Of a DNA stretch of 64,000 nucleotides, positions 52,942 to 63,349 are shown piece after piece. Source of the DNA: an uncultured Bacillota bacterium (GTDB taxonomy: Bacteria; Bacillota; DTU025; MWDF01). The notes beneath the pieces were generated by a model, which did no database searches, had not been told where the DNA came from, and saw only the letters and a program-made list of their open reading frames with translations. Location: NCBI GenBank assembly GCA_963823655.1, contig CAWGMK010000004.1, positions 87,550-151,549 of the forward strand, read 5' to 3'. The position numbers and the translations under genes are program-made. The number at the start of each line of letters is the position of its first letter. The first letter of the stretch is position 1.

Positions 52942-53571
52942 TTAAGCCAGAGATTTGGCCAGGGCCACGGCCCGGCTGGCATCCGCGGCGTAGCCGTCGG
53001 CGCCGATCTCGCGCGCGTAGGCTTCGGTGACCGGGGCGCCGCCCACCATCACCTTCACCTTGTCGCGCAGCCCGGCGGCCTTCAGCGCTTCGACCGTGTT
53101 GCGCATATTGGGCATGGTGGTGGTCAGCAGGGCGCACATGGCGATGAAATCCGCGCCGTTGCGCACCGCGTCCACAAATTTCTCCGGGGAGACATCCGTG
53201 CCCAGGTCCATGATCTCGAAGGAGGCGCCTTCCAGCATCATGCACACCAGGTTCTTGCCGATGTCGTGCAGGTCGCCCTTGACGGTGCCGGCGGCCACTT
53301 TGCCGATCGGCTTGAAATCCGCCTGCACCAGCGCCGGGCGCAGCACAGCCAGGCCGGATTGCATGGCGCGCGCGGCGATCAGCATTTCGGGGACGAAGTA
53401 CTCGCCCTCTTCAAACAGGCGCCCCACCTCGCCCATCGCCGCCACCATGCTCTCGTTGAGGATGGTGGTGGCGGGAATGCCCTCAGCCAGCGCCTGCGCC
53501 ACCTTGACGGAAGACACCTTTTGCTGCCCGTTGAGAACGCTGTCGTAGATCTCTTGGAGTACCGGTTGCAT
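52942..53571 (-). CDS. Corrinoid (B12-binding) protein
   Basis: M.EVG..FE.GEYFVPE, GTVKGDLHDIGKNLV, DLG.DV, VGGAPVT, IGADGYA.DA. Confidence 0.94.
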   Translation of the reverse strand: MQPVLQEIYDSVLNGQQKVSSVKVAQALAEGIPATTILNESMVAAMGEVGRLFEEGEYFVPEMLIAARAMQSGLAVLRPALVQADFKPIGKVAAGTVKGDLHDIGKNLVCMMLEGASFEIMDLGTDVSPEKFVDAVRNGADFIAMCALLTTTMPNMRNTVEALKAAGLRDKVKVMVGGAPVTEAYAREIGADGYAADASRAVALAKSLA

Positions 53572-53900
53572 TGAATTATTCTCCTCTGTTGAATAAATAA
53601 AGCCTTAAGCTGATATTGTACACGAAAATGGGGGAAAAGCGGACAGGTTTTAGGTTTTAGGTTTTAGCTCAAAGCAAGGGAGCGGGCTGACCGGACGTGG
53701 AGGTGGCGGAAGAAAAGGCTCACGCGGAGATGCGGAGTCAACGCGAAGATCGCGGAGCCGCGGAGAAGGAAGAAAAGCGAGGTCGAAGATGCCCTGCAGA
53801 GTATTTAAGAGTTAAAAGAAAAAGTTAAGCGGGGCTTAAACCAAAAATGCGGGCAGTTTACGCCCGCTTTTCGGTTTCCATTTGGTCGATCTTAGAAATC

Positions 53901-54641
53901 CTACTTGTCGACGTTGGCGAAGGTGAGAACGTACGATTTGACGCCGTTCTCCAACCGCAGCACCAGACTCGGCTCGTTCCGGAACAGGAACGGGATCTCA
54001 AAGAGTGCCTGGCTGGCAGTTCCGGTGCCGGTATGCACGCCGCCAACCACTGAGCCGTTCAGGCCGCCCGTGGCGACCGTCCCGATGCGCGCAGTGTAAT
54101 CCTTGCCGGCCGGGAAGTTAACCATCGCGACCTTCACCCAGCCGCCCTTCTGCACATTCAGCAGTTGGAGGCTGGTAAGTGCGCTCACAACCGGGCCGCC
54201 GGTAGCGGGAACCGTTGGGGTGGTGGTGGGTTGGGTGGTAGGTTGGGTGCTCGGGCGGGGTAGTTTTATGTTCTCAAAGGTGGTCACGGCGTAAGTTCCA
54301 GCGCCATTATCGATGCGCATATCGATGGTCGATGCCAGGCGTATGTTGGCATGCAGCTCAAACTTAAATAACCGGGTGCCGCCTGGGCCGGTGTCAAAAT
54401 GCGCCACCAATCCGCCAATCCCGCCGCTGCCAGCCGGGCCCATCGTGACCACAAACATCGTGTTGGCGGGCAGGTTGTCAACGCGCACATAGACCATGCC
54501 GCCGGGATCATTGCCGATCACGGTGATGACAGGCTGAGCGCCGGCCACGGCGGGGGTAAGAACCCCCATTAAAAGTGCTGCTGTCAGGGCCAGGGTGAGG
54601 CTGAGTTCTTGAACCTCAAGATGTCCATTGGATCCTCCCAT
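53901..54641 (-). CDS. Secreted two-domain protein with Pro/Thr linker, unknown function
   Basis: Signal-like LTLALTAALLMGVLTPAVAGA; two similar beta domains separated by PSTQPTTQPTTTPT. Confidence 0.6.
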   Translation of the reverse strand: MGGSNGHLEVQELSLTLALTAALLMGVLTPAVAGAQPVITVIGNDPGGMVYVRVDNLPANTMFVVTMGPAGSGGIGGLVAHFDTGPGGTRLFKFELHANIRLASTIDMRIDNGAGTYAVTTFENIKLPRPSTQPTTQPTTTPTVPATGGPVVSALTSLQLLNVQKGGWVKVAMVNFPAGKDYTARIGTVATGGLNGSVVGGVHTGTGTASQALFEIPFLFRNEPSLVLRLENGVKSYVLTFANVDK

Positions 54642-54953
54642 AAATGACGCCTGGTTGCGATCAACATCCAGGTTGGTCGATGCGTTCTCTACATTAACAT
54701 TGTAGCAACTTCTTTACAACTAACATTAAATACCAAGGAATTAAAACAAATGTTATTAAATCGTTTATTTCTGGACACATTTTTTCTCAAAAGGTTGAAG
54801 GGGTCACTCATCACAGCTATCTGGCTATGAATGGTTATTTCCCCATAGCACCCCCAAAACCTGCCTGATTGAAAACCCCATAACAGCGTGCTATATTATT
54901 ATTGACCCAGTTGTTATCATCTTTGATTCTGATTGCACCGCGGAACTGAAACC

Positions 54954-56206
54954 ATGACAGCAAATCCAAATCGGATTTGCTGTGCTTTAATTTAGAGGGT
55001 TATCGGGGAGTGCGTTACCAGGAGGGTGGATGACCAATGCATCCGTATTGGACTTTTTAGAGAACTGGTGGGGGGCGCTGGTTATTGCTTTCATTTTGCT
55101 AGTCATTATCTTCTTGATGCTCAAACCCTTATTGAAAAGGGTAAGGCCGTGGTTTCTCGTCCCACCAGGCAGTTGGTCAAGGCAACAACAATATGATAAA
55201 GGAATAAAAAAATTAGAAGCCATATCGAAATGGGGAGGAAAAGTAGCTGACTCTTGGGCTTTGCTGGAAACGTCTGGATTGTCAACCTGTGGTTTGGCAT
55301 GGTGTTCTTAATAAGTTTAGTGCTGAGTCCAATCATTATCATCTATTGGCTCGTGGCTGTTCTCCCATTTCACTGGTTCTGGTATCAGTTATTCAATCCA
55401 GGGGATAAGTCCAACACATTCTGGAAAAAGAATATTCGCATCTATACCCCAACCTATATTTCTGCCAGGGTAAAAGAATCCCGCTTTGGCCTGATTGTTT
55501 TTACAGGTCTGGCCGTTGCCCTGGTCGGCGTGGAAATCTTAATGATCCATTTCATCGTGACTTCCGGCTGCCTGCTCAACGCGCAGCAGAAAATCGACCT
55601 TGTAAAACCCCGTTTAGCATCTGTGCCCGAGGAAGTCATTTCATCCTATTTTTCACACAGCAACCAGTTGCCCATCCAGGAAGAAAAACCGTTCCCGGTG
55701 GCAAATGGGAGTAAGGTTCAAGTCGTTTCTGGGAGATCAAATCCATTTTGGGAGAATGGCGCACATCTTCCTTGAAAGCCAATTTTCTGGGATGGGAGCA
55801 AACCAAAGTTGTTTATATCGATTCTGAAATCAAAAAACAACAAATAAATATAGATTTGGAAAGAAAAATTGCGACAAGCAGAGATGTGCGCGCAGCAAGC
55901 CCAACCGCATCGCTCGTTTTCAATAATTTGCTCCCGGAATGGTTGCATAAGATCCTGGTCGTAAGAGCTGAGTTGGACGTCAGGTATCCGAATAATAATA
56001 ACAAATGGGTAAATGCCATAAGTCAACGGGATTTCAAAGTTTTTGTTGTTCCACCAGAAGAAATGGGCGTTCTTCAGAGTCAAACCGGGAATTTCTTCTA
56101 TGGGTCGGCCGTCACAATTATTCAAATCCTGTTAATTCCTGTACTTGGCCTGTTCGTCCTGTTCTTCATGCAAGTTATTAAAGATTTCAGATATTGGCGC
56201 AGTTGA
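54954..56206 (+). CDS. Hypothetical membrane protein, AT-richer, split into three frames
   Basis: Overlapping ORFs 55030-55311, 55254-55775 and 55748-56206 with hydrophobic segments. Confidence 0.45.
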
Positions 56207-56346
56207 CTGGCCTGCTCATGCGGGAATAAACCGGCATCTCAGGGCCTGGGGAACCCGCTGCCCTACCCTCCCTGTGGCCCTCGCTCTCCCCCACTTCCCG
56301 GTTATAATTCCCCCATTCCACACCCCAACCCACCCGAGGATGACCC

Positions 56347-56844
56347 ATGTTTAGAAAAATGCGCAGATCCAGGCAGCAGCTCTCCACAGCAGAAACCATC
56401 CAGATCCTGGAGTCCGCCACATCCGGCGTATTGGCCGTCTCGGGCGATGAGGGTTACCCTTACGCGGTGCCGCTCAGCTATGTTTTGAAAGACGACCGCC
56501 TGTTCTTTCACGTGGCAAAAGAAGGGCATAAGCTGGATGGCATCCAGAGAAACGAGCGGGTGAGCTTTTGCGTCATCGCGCAGGACGAGGTGATGCCCAA
56601 AACCTTCTCAACCCGCTACCGCAGCGCCATCGTTTTTGGCCGGGCCAGGATCCTGACGGATGACAGCCGAGCGCCGCTACGCCCTGGAGTGCCTGGTTGA
56701 GAAGTATTCCCCGGCTTTATCGAAGAGGGGCAGCGCGAGATTGAAAGCGCCTGGGACAGGGTGTGCCTGGTGGAGGTCAAGATCGAGCACATGACCGGCA
56801 AAACCGCCAAGGAACTGGTGGAAAACAGCCCGGCCGCATCATAA
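56347..56844 (+). CDS. Pyridoxamine 5'-phosphate oxidase-like / NimA-like flavin-binding protein
   Basis: MFRKMRR..Q, GVLA..GD.GYPYAVPLSY, H.A..GHK.D, VSFCV, YRS.IVFG; frameshift near 56670. Confidence 0.85.
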
Positions 56845-56984
56845 AAAAAAGCGCGGCGGGCATTGGGCGTGCATTCCGGGCACGGCGATGCCGTGCCCCT
56901 ACTTGTCATCAGCGCACGCGCATTCTCGGGCGCTGGCCGCGCGCCAGACACGCACCCCTACGACCCCTGCGTTATAATTCCCCC

Positions 56985-58233
56985 ATGCCCGCCTTCCACG
57001 TCATGCTCAAGCCGCGCGGGCCGATCTGCAATCTGGACTGCGCCTACTGCTTCTACCTCAAGAAGGAGCAGCTCTACCCCGGCGCCGCTTTCCGCATGAG
57101 CCGACGCGCTGCTGGAGGACTTCACCCGCCAGTACATCGCAGCGCGCAGCAGGCGTGCCCGAGGTCACCTTTGCCTGGCAGGGCGGCGAGCCGACGCTGA
57201 TGGGGCTGGACTTCTTCCGCCAGGCGCGTCGAGCTCAGCAGAAAGTATCCGCCGCCGGGCATGCGGATCCTCAACGCGCTGCAGACCAACGGCACGCTGC
57301 TGGACGACGACTGGTGCGCGCTTCCTCCGCGAGCACAACTTCCTGGTCGGGCTGAGCCTCGACGGCCCGCGCGACCTGCACGACGCCTACCGGCGGGACA
57401 AGGGCGGGCGCGCCACCTTCGAGCGGGTGATGCGCGCCGCGGAGCTGCTGCGAGAAGCATCGGGTGGAGTTCAACATCCTGGCCTGCGTCAACGCCGCCA
57501 ACGCCGGCCGCCCGCTGGAGGTGTACCGCTTCTTGCGCGACGAGTGCCGGCGCGCAGTTCATCCAGTTCATCCCCATCGTCGAGCGCGACCAACCGAGAC
57601 CGGCCTCCGGGAGGGCGCGCGATCACCGTCACCGCTCGGTGAGCGGGGCGGCCTACGGGCGCTTTTTGATCGCCGTCTTCGACGAGTGGGTGCGCCGGGA
57701 TGTGGGCCGGGTCTACGTGCAGATCTTCGAGTGGCCCTGGCGGCCTGGCTCGGGCAGCGCCCGGGCTGTGCATCTTCGAGCCAGACCTGCGGCGCGGCCT
57801 GGCGCTGGAGCACAACGGCGACCTGTACGCCTGCGACCACTTCGTCGAGCCCGACTACCGGCTGGGCAACATCGCGCAAACGCCCCTGGCGGAGCTGGTC
57901 GCGTCAGCCCCAGCAGACGCCAGTTTCGGCCTGGCCAAGCGCGACACCCTGCCGCGCTACTGCCGGGAGTGCGCCGTGCGCTTCATCTGCAACGGCGGCT
58001 GCCCCAAGGACCGCCTGGCGCGCGCGCCGGACGGCGAGCCCGGGCTGAACTACCTGTGCGCGGGCTACAGGGCCTTCTTCACCCACATCGACCGGCCCAT
58101 GCGCGTGATGGCCGGCCTGCTGCGCCAGGGCCGCGCCCCCGCCGAGATCATGTCCATGCCGCTGCCATCCACCCCCGCCGCCCCCGCCCGCCCGCGGCAC
58201 CGCAAGTGCGAAGAATCCCTAATTTTCGCTTAA
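56985..58233 (+). CDS. Anaerobic sulfatase maturase (radical SAM/SPASM), multiple frameshifts
   Basis: KP.G..CNLDC.YCFYL, WQGGEPTL, QTNG.LL, SLDGP, EHNGDLYACDHFV, C..C.....CNGGCPK, LC.GY. Confidence 0.9.
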
Positions 58234-58345
58234 TGAAATTGCGTCAGTAAAAGTTCGGTTGGGCAGCGCGGATTTCGCAGAAATGCGCGGATAAAAAATC
58301 TGAATTTGGATTAGAATTGTCTTATCCCTGATGCGGAGGCACACC

Positions 58346-59885
58346 ATGCCCGAAAACCTGCTGGCGATCGATAACGGTACCCAATCGGTGCGCGCGCTGC
58401 TGTTTGACCCGCGCGGCACCCTGCTGGCCAAACAGCGCGTCCCCATCACCTACCCGCCCGGCGCGCAGGGTGTGGGCGAGCAGGAGCCCGAGGTGTTCTG
58501 GCAGGCGGTCTGCCAGGCCTGCCAGGGGCTGTTCGCGCAGGACGGGGTGGATAAAAGCAGCATCGCCGCGGTGGCGCTCACCACCCAGCGCTCCACCCTG
58601 GTCAACCTGGATAAGGACGGCAAGCCCCTGCGCCCGGCCATCGTGTGGTTTGACCAGCGCCGCACGCACGGCCTCAAGCCCGTTTCCGGATTTTGGGGCG
58701 CGGCCTTTGCCGCCTCTGGCATGACCGAGACGGTGGCCTACCTGCAATCCGAGGCCGAGGCCAACTGGATCCGCACCCAGCAGCCGGAGATCTGGAAAGC
58801 CACCCACAAGTACCTGCTGCTCTCCGGTTACCTCACCCACCTGCTGACCGGCAAATACATCGATTCCACCGGCTGCCAGGTGGCCTACATCCCCTTCGAC
58901 TATAAAACCAAGCGCTGGGCCAACCGCTTTGACTGGAAATGGCAGGCCGTGCCGATGGATAAGCACATCCTGCCCGACCTGGTCCCGCCCGGCGCGCGCC
59001 TGGGCGAGATCACCCCCGCCGCCGCTGAGGCCACCGGCATCCCCGCCGGCCTGCCGCTGATCGCCGCCGCCGCAGACAAGGCCTGCGAGGTGCTGGGTTC
59101 CGGCGCGCTCGAACTCGCACATCGCCTGCCTGAGCTACGGCACCACCGCCACCATCAACACCATCCACCGCCGCTACATCGAGGTCATCCCGCTCATCCC
59201 GCCCTACCCCGCCGCCGTCCCGGATGGCTACGCCCTCGAGATCCAGGTCTACCGCGGCTTCTGGATGGTCACCTGGTTCAAGCAGCAGTTCGGGCAGACC
59301 GAGCAGGCCCTGGCCACCCAGTTGGGCGTGGAGACCGAGGACCTGTTCGACGACCTGGTGTACAGCGCGCCGGCCGGCTCAGCCGGGCTGGTGCTGCAGC
59401 CTTACTGGTCGCCCGGGCTGCGCGACCCCGGCCCCGAGGCGCGCGGCGCCATCATCGGCTTCAACGACGGGCACACGCGCGCCCATTTCTACCGCGCCAT
59501 CCTGGAAGGCCTGGCCTACGCCCTGCGCGAAGGCGCCGAGCGCACCGCCAAACGCAGCGGCGTGCCGGTGCAAAGCCTGCGCGTGGCCGGCGGCGGCAGC
59601 CAATCCAGCGCCGCGCTGCAGCTCACCGCGGATGTGTTCGGCCTGCCCGCCTCGCGCCCGCACGTCTACGAGGCCTCGGGCCTGGGCGCCGCCATCGACG
59701 CCGCCGTGGGCATTGGCCTGCACCCGGATTTCGAAACCGCCGTTAAAGAGATGACGCGCATCCGCGACACGTTTGAGCCGGATGCGCGCACCCACCAGAT
59801 CTACGAACACCTGTACCGCGAGGTGTATTTGCAGATGTACCGCCAGCTCCACCCGCTGTACAAGGCCATCCAGAAGTTGAAATAA
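58346..59885 (+). CDS. FGGY-family carbohydrate kinase, frameshift near 59115
   Basis: LAIDNGTQSVRA, TTQR, WFDQR, ADKACE, ARGAIIGF, RAILEG, VAGGGSQS, LGAAI. Confidence 0.9.
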
Positions 59886-59949
59886 GAATCTGATAAGTAA
59901 CGAGTGACGAGTGAGAAAAACTCACTCGTCACTCTCTCACGCTTCACTC

Positions 59950-60670
59950 CTCGCCCCCCCTCCCCCCTCTGTCACTTTAAACTTCACCACATCCCCCGCG
60001 TTAACAGCGCCGGCGGGTCAGCCGCCGGGTCAAACAGGCGCAGCGGCGTCCAGCCGATCAGGCGCCAGCCGCCGGGCGAATCGAGCGGGTAGATGCCGGT
60101 TTGCGAGCCGGCAATGCCCACCGAGCCGGCCGGCACCCGGCTGCGCGGCGACTCCAGGCGCGGCGCGGTGATGCGCGCGTCCAGCCCGCCCAGGTACGGG
60201 AATCCGGGCATGAAGCCCAGCATGTAGACCGGGTACTCCCCCGCGCTGTGGATCGCCACCACCTCGGCGGGCGTCAGCCCGTTGTGCCGGGCCACAAAAT
60301 CCAGGTCGGGGCCGTACGCGCCGCCGTAAAGCACGGGGATCTCCACCCGGCGCGGGGCCGGCAGGCTGCGCTCATCCAGGCCCTCCAGCTGCGCCCGGAT
60401 CCAACCGACAACCGCATCGTAATCTATGCGCATTAAATCAAAGTGCACCACCAGGGATGCATACGCCGGCACCACCTCCCCCACACCGTCCGGGCGCGCC
60501 GGCGCGCTTTGCCGATCCGCAGGGGCGGATGGCATCCGCCCCTGCCCCCCCTCCAGCCTGAACGCCAATGCCTGCACCCGCCGGTTGAGCGCCAGGTCGA
60601 TCGTCTCGCCCAGCGCCACCTGCACGGCGCTGTCGCCCAGCGGCTGAATGCGCGGAAAGGAATTGTCCAT
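59950..60670 (-). CDS. pxpB: 5-oxoprolinase subunit B (KipI family), 3' end approximate
   Basis: PLGDSA, VPAYASL, IPV.YGG.YGPDL, GF.PGFPYL, GSVGIAG.QTGIYP..SPGGW.LIG.TP. Confidence 0.9.
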
Positions 60671-60797
60671 GGGAAAAGTATAGCACGGGGGATAAAACGT
60701 GAGATGCAAAAATGAAGGGTGCCCACTGCGTGGGTGCTGCACGAAGGAGTGATGCGTGAGACCGGCGGCAAAGAACAGGTTGAGGGTACGCCCCAAT

Positions 60798-60838
60798 CAA
60801 AAACACTCCCGCAGTTGCTCACTCTGGGAGTGTTTTTG
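60798..60838. terminator. Intrinsic terminator
   Basis: CAAAAACACTCCC...GGGAGTGTTTTTG. Confidence 0.75.
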
Positions 60839-60853
60839 GTTTGACGGCAGCGC

Positions 60854-61807
60854 TCAGGACAATCCCTTGATCAACGCGGGCGCTTTGCCCAGCGCGCGGC
60901 GCAACTCTTTGATCAATTCAATGCCTTGCAGTACGATCAGCAGGCCCATCAAAGCGGAAGGTCCCAACTGGTTGAGAAATTCCGGCATGATGGGCATCTT
61001 CACCACCGGCGCGCCGTTGATCATCACCGCCAGCAGCACAATGGTACCCACCCGTAGCCCCATGCGCATCCAGCGCGAAAGCGTATCCACCCGCCCGGCG
61101 CGCATCAGCAGCAAGCTAAGCAGCACCTGCAAGCCCCACAGCAGGTTAATCCAGGGCAGGTAGCGGAAGAACGCATCCGTCAGGATCGGGGTAAAGCTCA
61201 ACGCGGGCTGAAAGGTGAACACGGCAATCCACTGCGGGTAAAAGTTGAACACGAAGGCCGCCGCCAGGATCAGGATCATATCCACCGCCAGACCCAACTT
61301 GTTCACCCGGTCAGCCTGGACATCCTCGCGCAGGCTCTCTGGATTCCAGATTTCAGTTTTTTCCTTAAGCCTGGGCTGCGCCCATTCTAGCAGGGCGAAG
61401 ACAATCACTACGTTGGCCAGCGCCGCGAGGGCAAAGTTGATGTAGTTGCCCACATCCAGGCGCTGCAGCGCAAAACTGCCCTGCGAAAGCGCCACACCCA
61501 GTTGCACCGCGCCCACCACCGCCACGATCCCCAACACAATGCGCAAGAGAAACCAGAAGGCCGGGAACCAGCGCGGGCCGATCAGGTAGCGCTGCGGCAG
61601 GTAAGCTCCGGCCATTTTGGCGGGCGCGCCAAATTCCTTGAGCACTTCCACTTCCATCTCCGCATCCGGCGTGCGCCCGGCAGCCTGGCTGCGGGCCTCC
61701 AGCGTATCTTCGATCGAAGAGCGGATCTCGGCCTGAACATCGGCGCGCAGCTTGCCGGGCAAGTGTTCACCCACTTCCTTTACGTACAAATCGATTAGCT
61801 TACTCAT
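60854..61807 (-). CDS. Membrane protein with N-terminal HAAS-like domain (PadR partner)
   Basis: LIDLY..EV..HLP...R.DV..E.RS.I.D...L..FG.P..MA..Y...LIGP followed by TM helices. Confidence 0.75.
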   Translation of the reverse strand: MSKLIDLYVKEVGEHLPGKLRADVQAEIRSSIEDTLEARSQAAGRTPDAEMEVEVLKEFGAPAKMAGAYLPQRYLIGPRWFPAFWFLLRIVLGIVAVVGAVQLGVALSQGSFALQRLDVGNYINFALAALANVVIVFALLEWAQPRLKEKTEIWNPESLREDVQADRVNKLGLAVDMILILAAAFVFNFYPQWIAVFTFQPALSFTPILTDAFFRYLPWINLLWGLQVLLSLLLMRAGRVDTLSRWMRMGLRVGTIVLLAVMINGAPVVKMPIMPEFLNQLGPSALMGLLIVLQGIELIKELRRALGKAPALIKGLS

Positions 61808-61822
61808 TTTCATTCTCCTCAA

Positions 61823-62152
61823 TTACCCAATCATCTTATCCAGGATCACGCCGATCTTCTGCCATTCTTCTTTGACCCTGGGTAAAATGCCACGCCCTTC
61901 AGCACTGATGATGTAATACCGCCGCGGACGAGCTTCTTCGACCCGCCATTTGGATTCCAGCAAACCCTGGGCTTCCAGCCGGCGCAGCAGCGGGTAAAGC
62001 GTGCCCTGGTCCACTTCCAGCCCTTGCTCTGCCAGCATCTTGAGTATGGAGTAGCCATACTGCTCTTGCTGAAGCAAATTGAGGACTGCCAGAACGATCA
62101 CACCGCGCCGCAGTTCCAATATGATGTTGTCAATAAGTTGATCTTTCTCCAT
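61823..62152 (-). CDS. PadR family regulator
   Basis: ELRRG, YGY, GTLYPLLRRLE.QGLL, RPRRYY. Confidence 0.92.
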   Translation of the reverse strand: MEKDQLIDNIILELRRGVIVLAVLNLLQQEQYGYSILKMLAEQGLEVDQGTLYPLLRRLEAQGLLESKWRVEEARPRRYYIISAEGRGILPRVKEEWQKIGVILDKMIG

Positions 62153-62184
62153 ACCAAACCTCTTTCTTTATTGTTTGATATATT

Positions 62185-62205
62185 ATACTGTATTACATAC
62201 AGTAT
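62185..62205. promoter_or_regulatory. Palindromic candidate PadR operator
   Basis: ATACTGTA-TTACA-TACAGTAT, 33 nt upstream of the padR start. Confidence 0.6.
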
Positions 62206-62288
62206 TACAAGGACTATAATAAGACTATTTCTACAATACTTTAATTGCATAGTAAATGATCTAAGCGGTTAAATACCGGCAGCCATGC

Positions 62289-62334
62289 GTAGGTCGGGTC
62301 TGTGACCCACAGCGAGGTCTGAGACCCGCCCGAC
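62289..62334. repeat. GTAG-type REP-like palindrome
   Basis: GTAGGTCGGGTC...GACCC...GGTCTGAGACCCGCCCGAC. Confidence 0.5.
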
Positions 62335-62405
62335 AAGGGATACCCCCCGCCACGTTATACAGCCCCTGCCCAGGCGCTCCCCCTTCCGGTACAATCAAGC
62401 TCACC

Positions 62406-63086
62406 ATGTTTGAATTACCCCTTTTTCCGCTGGAGACGGTGCTCTTCCCCAGCATGCCGATCCACCTGCACATCTTCGAGCCGCGCTACCGCGAGATGAT
62501 CAACCGCTGCATCACGCTGGACCAGCCCTTCGGCGTGGTGCTGATCCGCCGCGGCGCTGAGGCCGGCGGGGAACTGGCTGAGCCGCACGCGGTGGGCGTG
62601 GCGGCGCGCATCTCGCGCGTTGAGCGCCTGGAAGACGGGCGCATGAACCTGACGGCGCTGGGCGAGGAGCGTTTTCGCATCCTGGAGTTCAGCCGGTCGC
62701 GCGCCTACCTGGTGGGGCAGGTGCAGTCGCTGCCGCTGGAGCATCCCTGCTCGCTGGGCATGCAGCGCGGCGCCAAACAACTGCTGCCCTGGATGCGCCG
62801 CTACCTTGACCTGATCAGCCGGCTGGACCCGGAAAATGAGCTGGATCTGCGCGAACTGCAACTGCCGGAAGACCCGCTGCTGCTGTCTTACCTTTCGGCC
62901 ATGCTGCTGCAGCTGCCCCCGCACGAGAAACAACCCCTGCTGGAAGCCCCCGACGCGCACACCCTGCTGCAAGCCGTGCTGCGCCTGGTGCGCCGCGAGG
63001 CCGCCGTGATGGCAACCCCGCGCGGGGCCGAAAAGGCGGAGTTAAATTTAAGAGGTGATAGTGTTCACGCGAATCGAGTTGCATAA
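62406..63086 (+). CDS. Lon N-terminal substrate-binding domain protein
   Basis: LPLFPL..VLFP...LHIFEPRYREM, FGVV, DGR, RFRI, EKQ.LLE. Confidence 0.88.
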   Translation: MFELPLFPLETVLFPSMPIHLHIFEPRYREMINRCITLDQPFGVVLIRRGAEAGGELAEPHAVGVAARISRVERLEDGRMNLTALGEERFRILEFSRSRAYLVGQVQSLPLEHPCSLGMQRGAKQLLPWMRRYLDLISRLDPENELDLRELQLPEDPLLLSYLSAMLLQLPPHEKQPLLEAPDAHTLLQAVLRLVRREAAVMATPRGAEKAELNLRGDSVHANRVA

Positions 63087-63120
63087 CACACTTTATTATT
63101 CCCGAATTCATGCTCTTTTA

Positions 63121-63203
63121 ACACGAATTTCACAAATTTTACGAATGATACGAATGATTTACAAAAATTCGTGTCATTCGCTGAATTCGTCCAATTCGTG
63201 GTT
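63121..63203. repeat. 9-bp-period inverted repeat (CACGAAT type)
   Basis: CACGAATTT CACAAATTT TACGAATGA TACGAATGA ... ATTCGTGTC ATTCGCTGA ATTCGTCCA ATTCGTGGT. Confidence 0.8.
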
Positions 63204-63349
63204 AATGGATATGAATTACAGATTACTTACTCGATCGCGCAGCACCCCGCGGGCTGCGGTTTAATTTTTGCAAATAAGCTAAAACCTGATACCTGAAGAT
63301 GACCTAATTACGGTATACTTTGAATATCACAAATCCTATCGAGGCATGC

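Noticed and set aside
53572-53900. Cobalamin or SAM riboswitch upstream of the corrinoid gene
   Set aside because: I found no B12-box or S-box core motifs by eye and the region is occupied by periodic repeats. A covariance-model search would be needed to exclude it fully.
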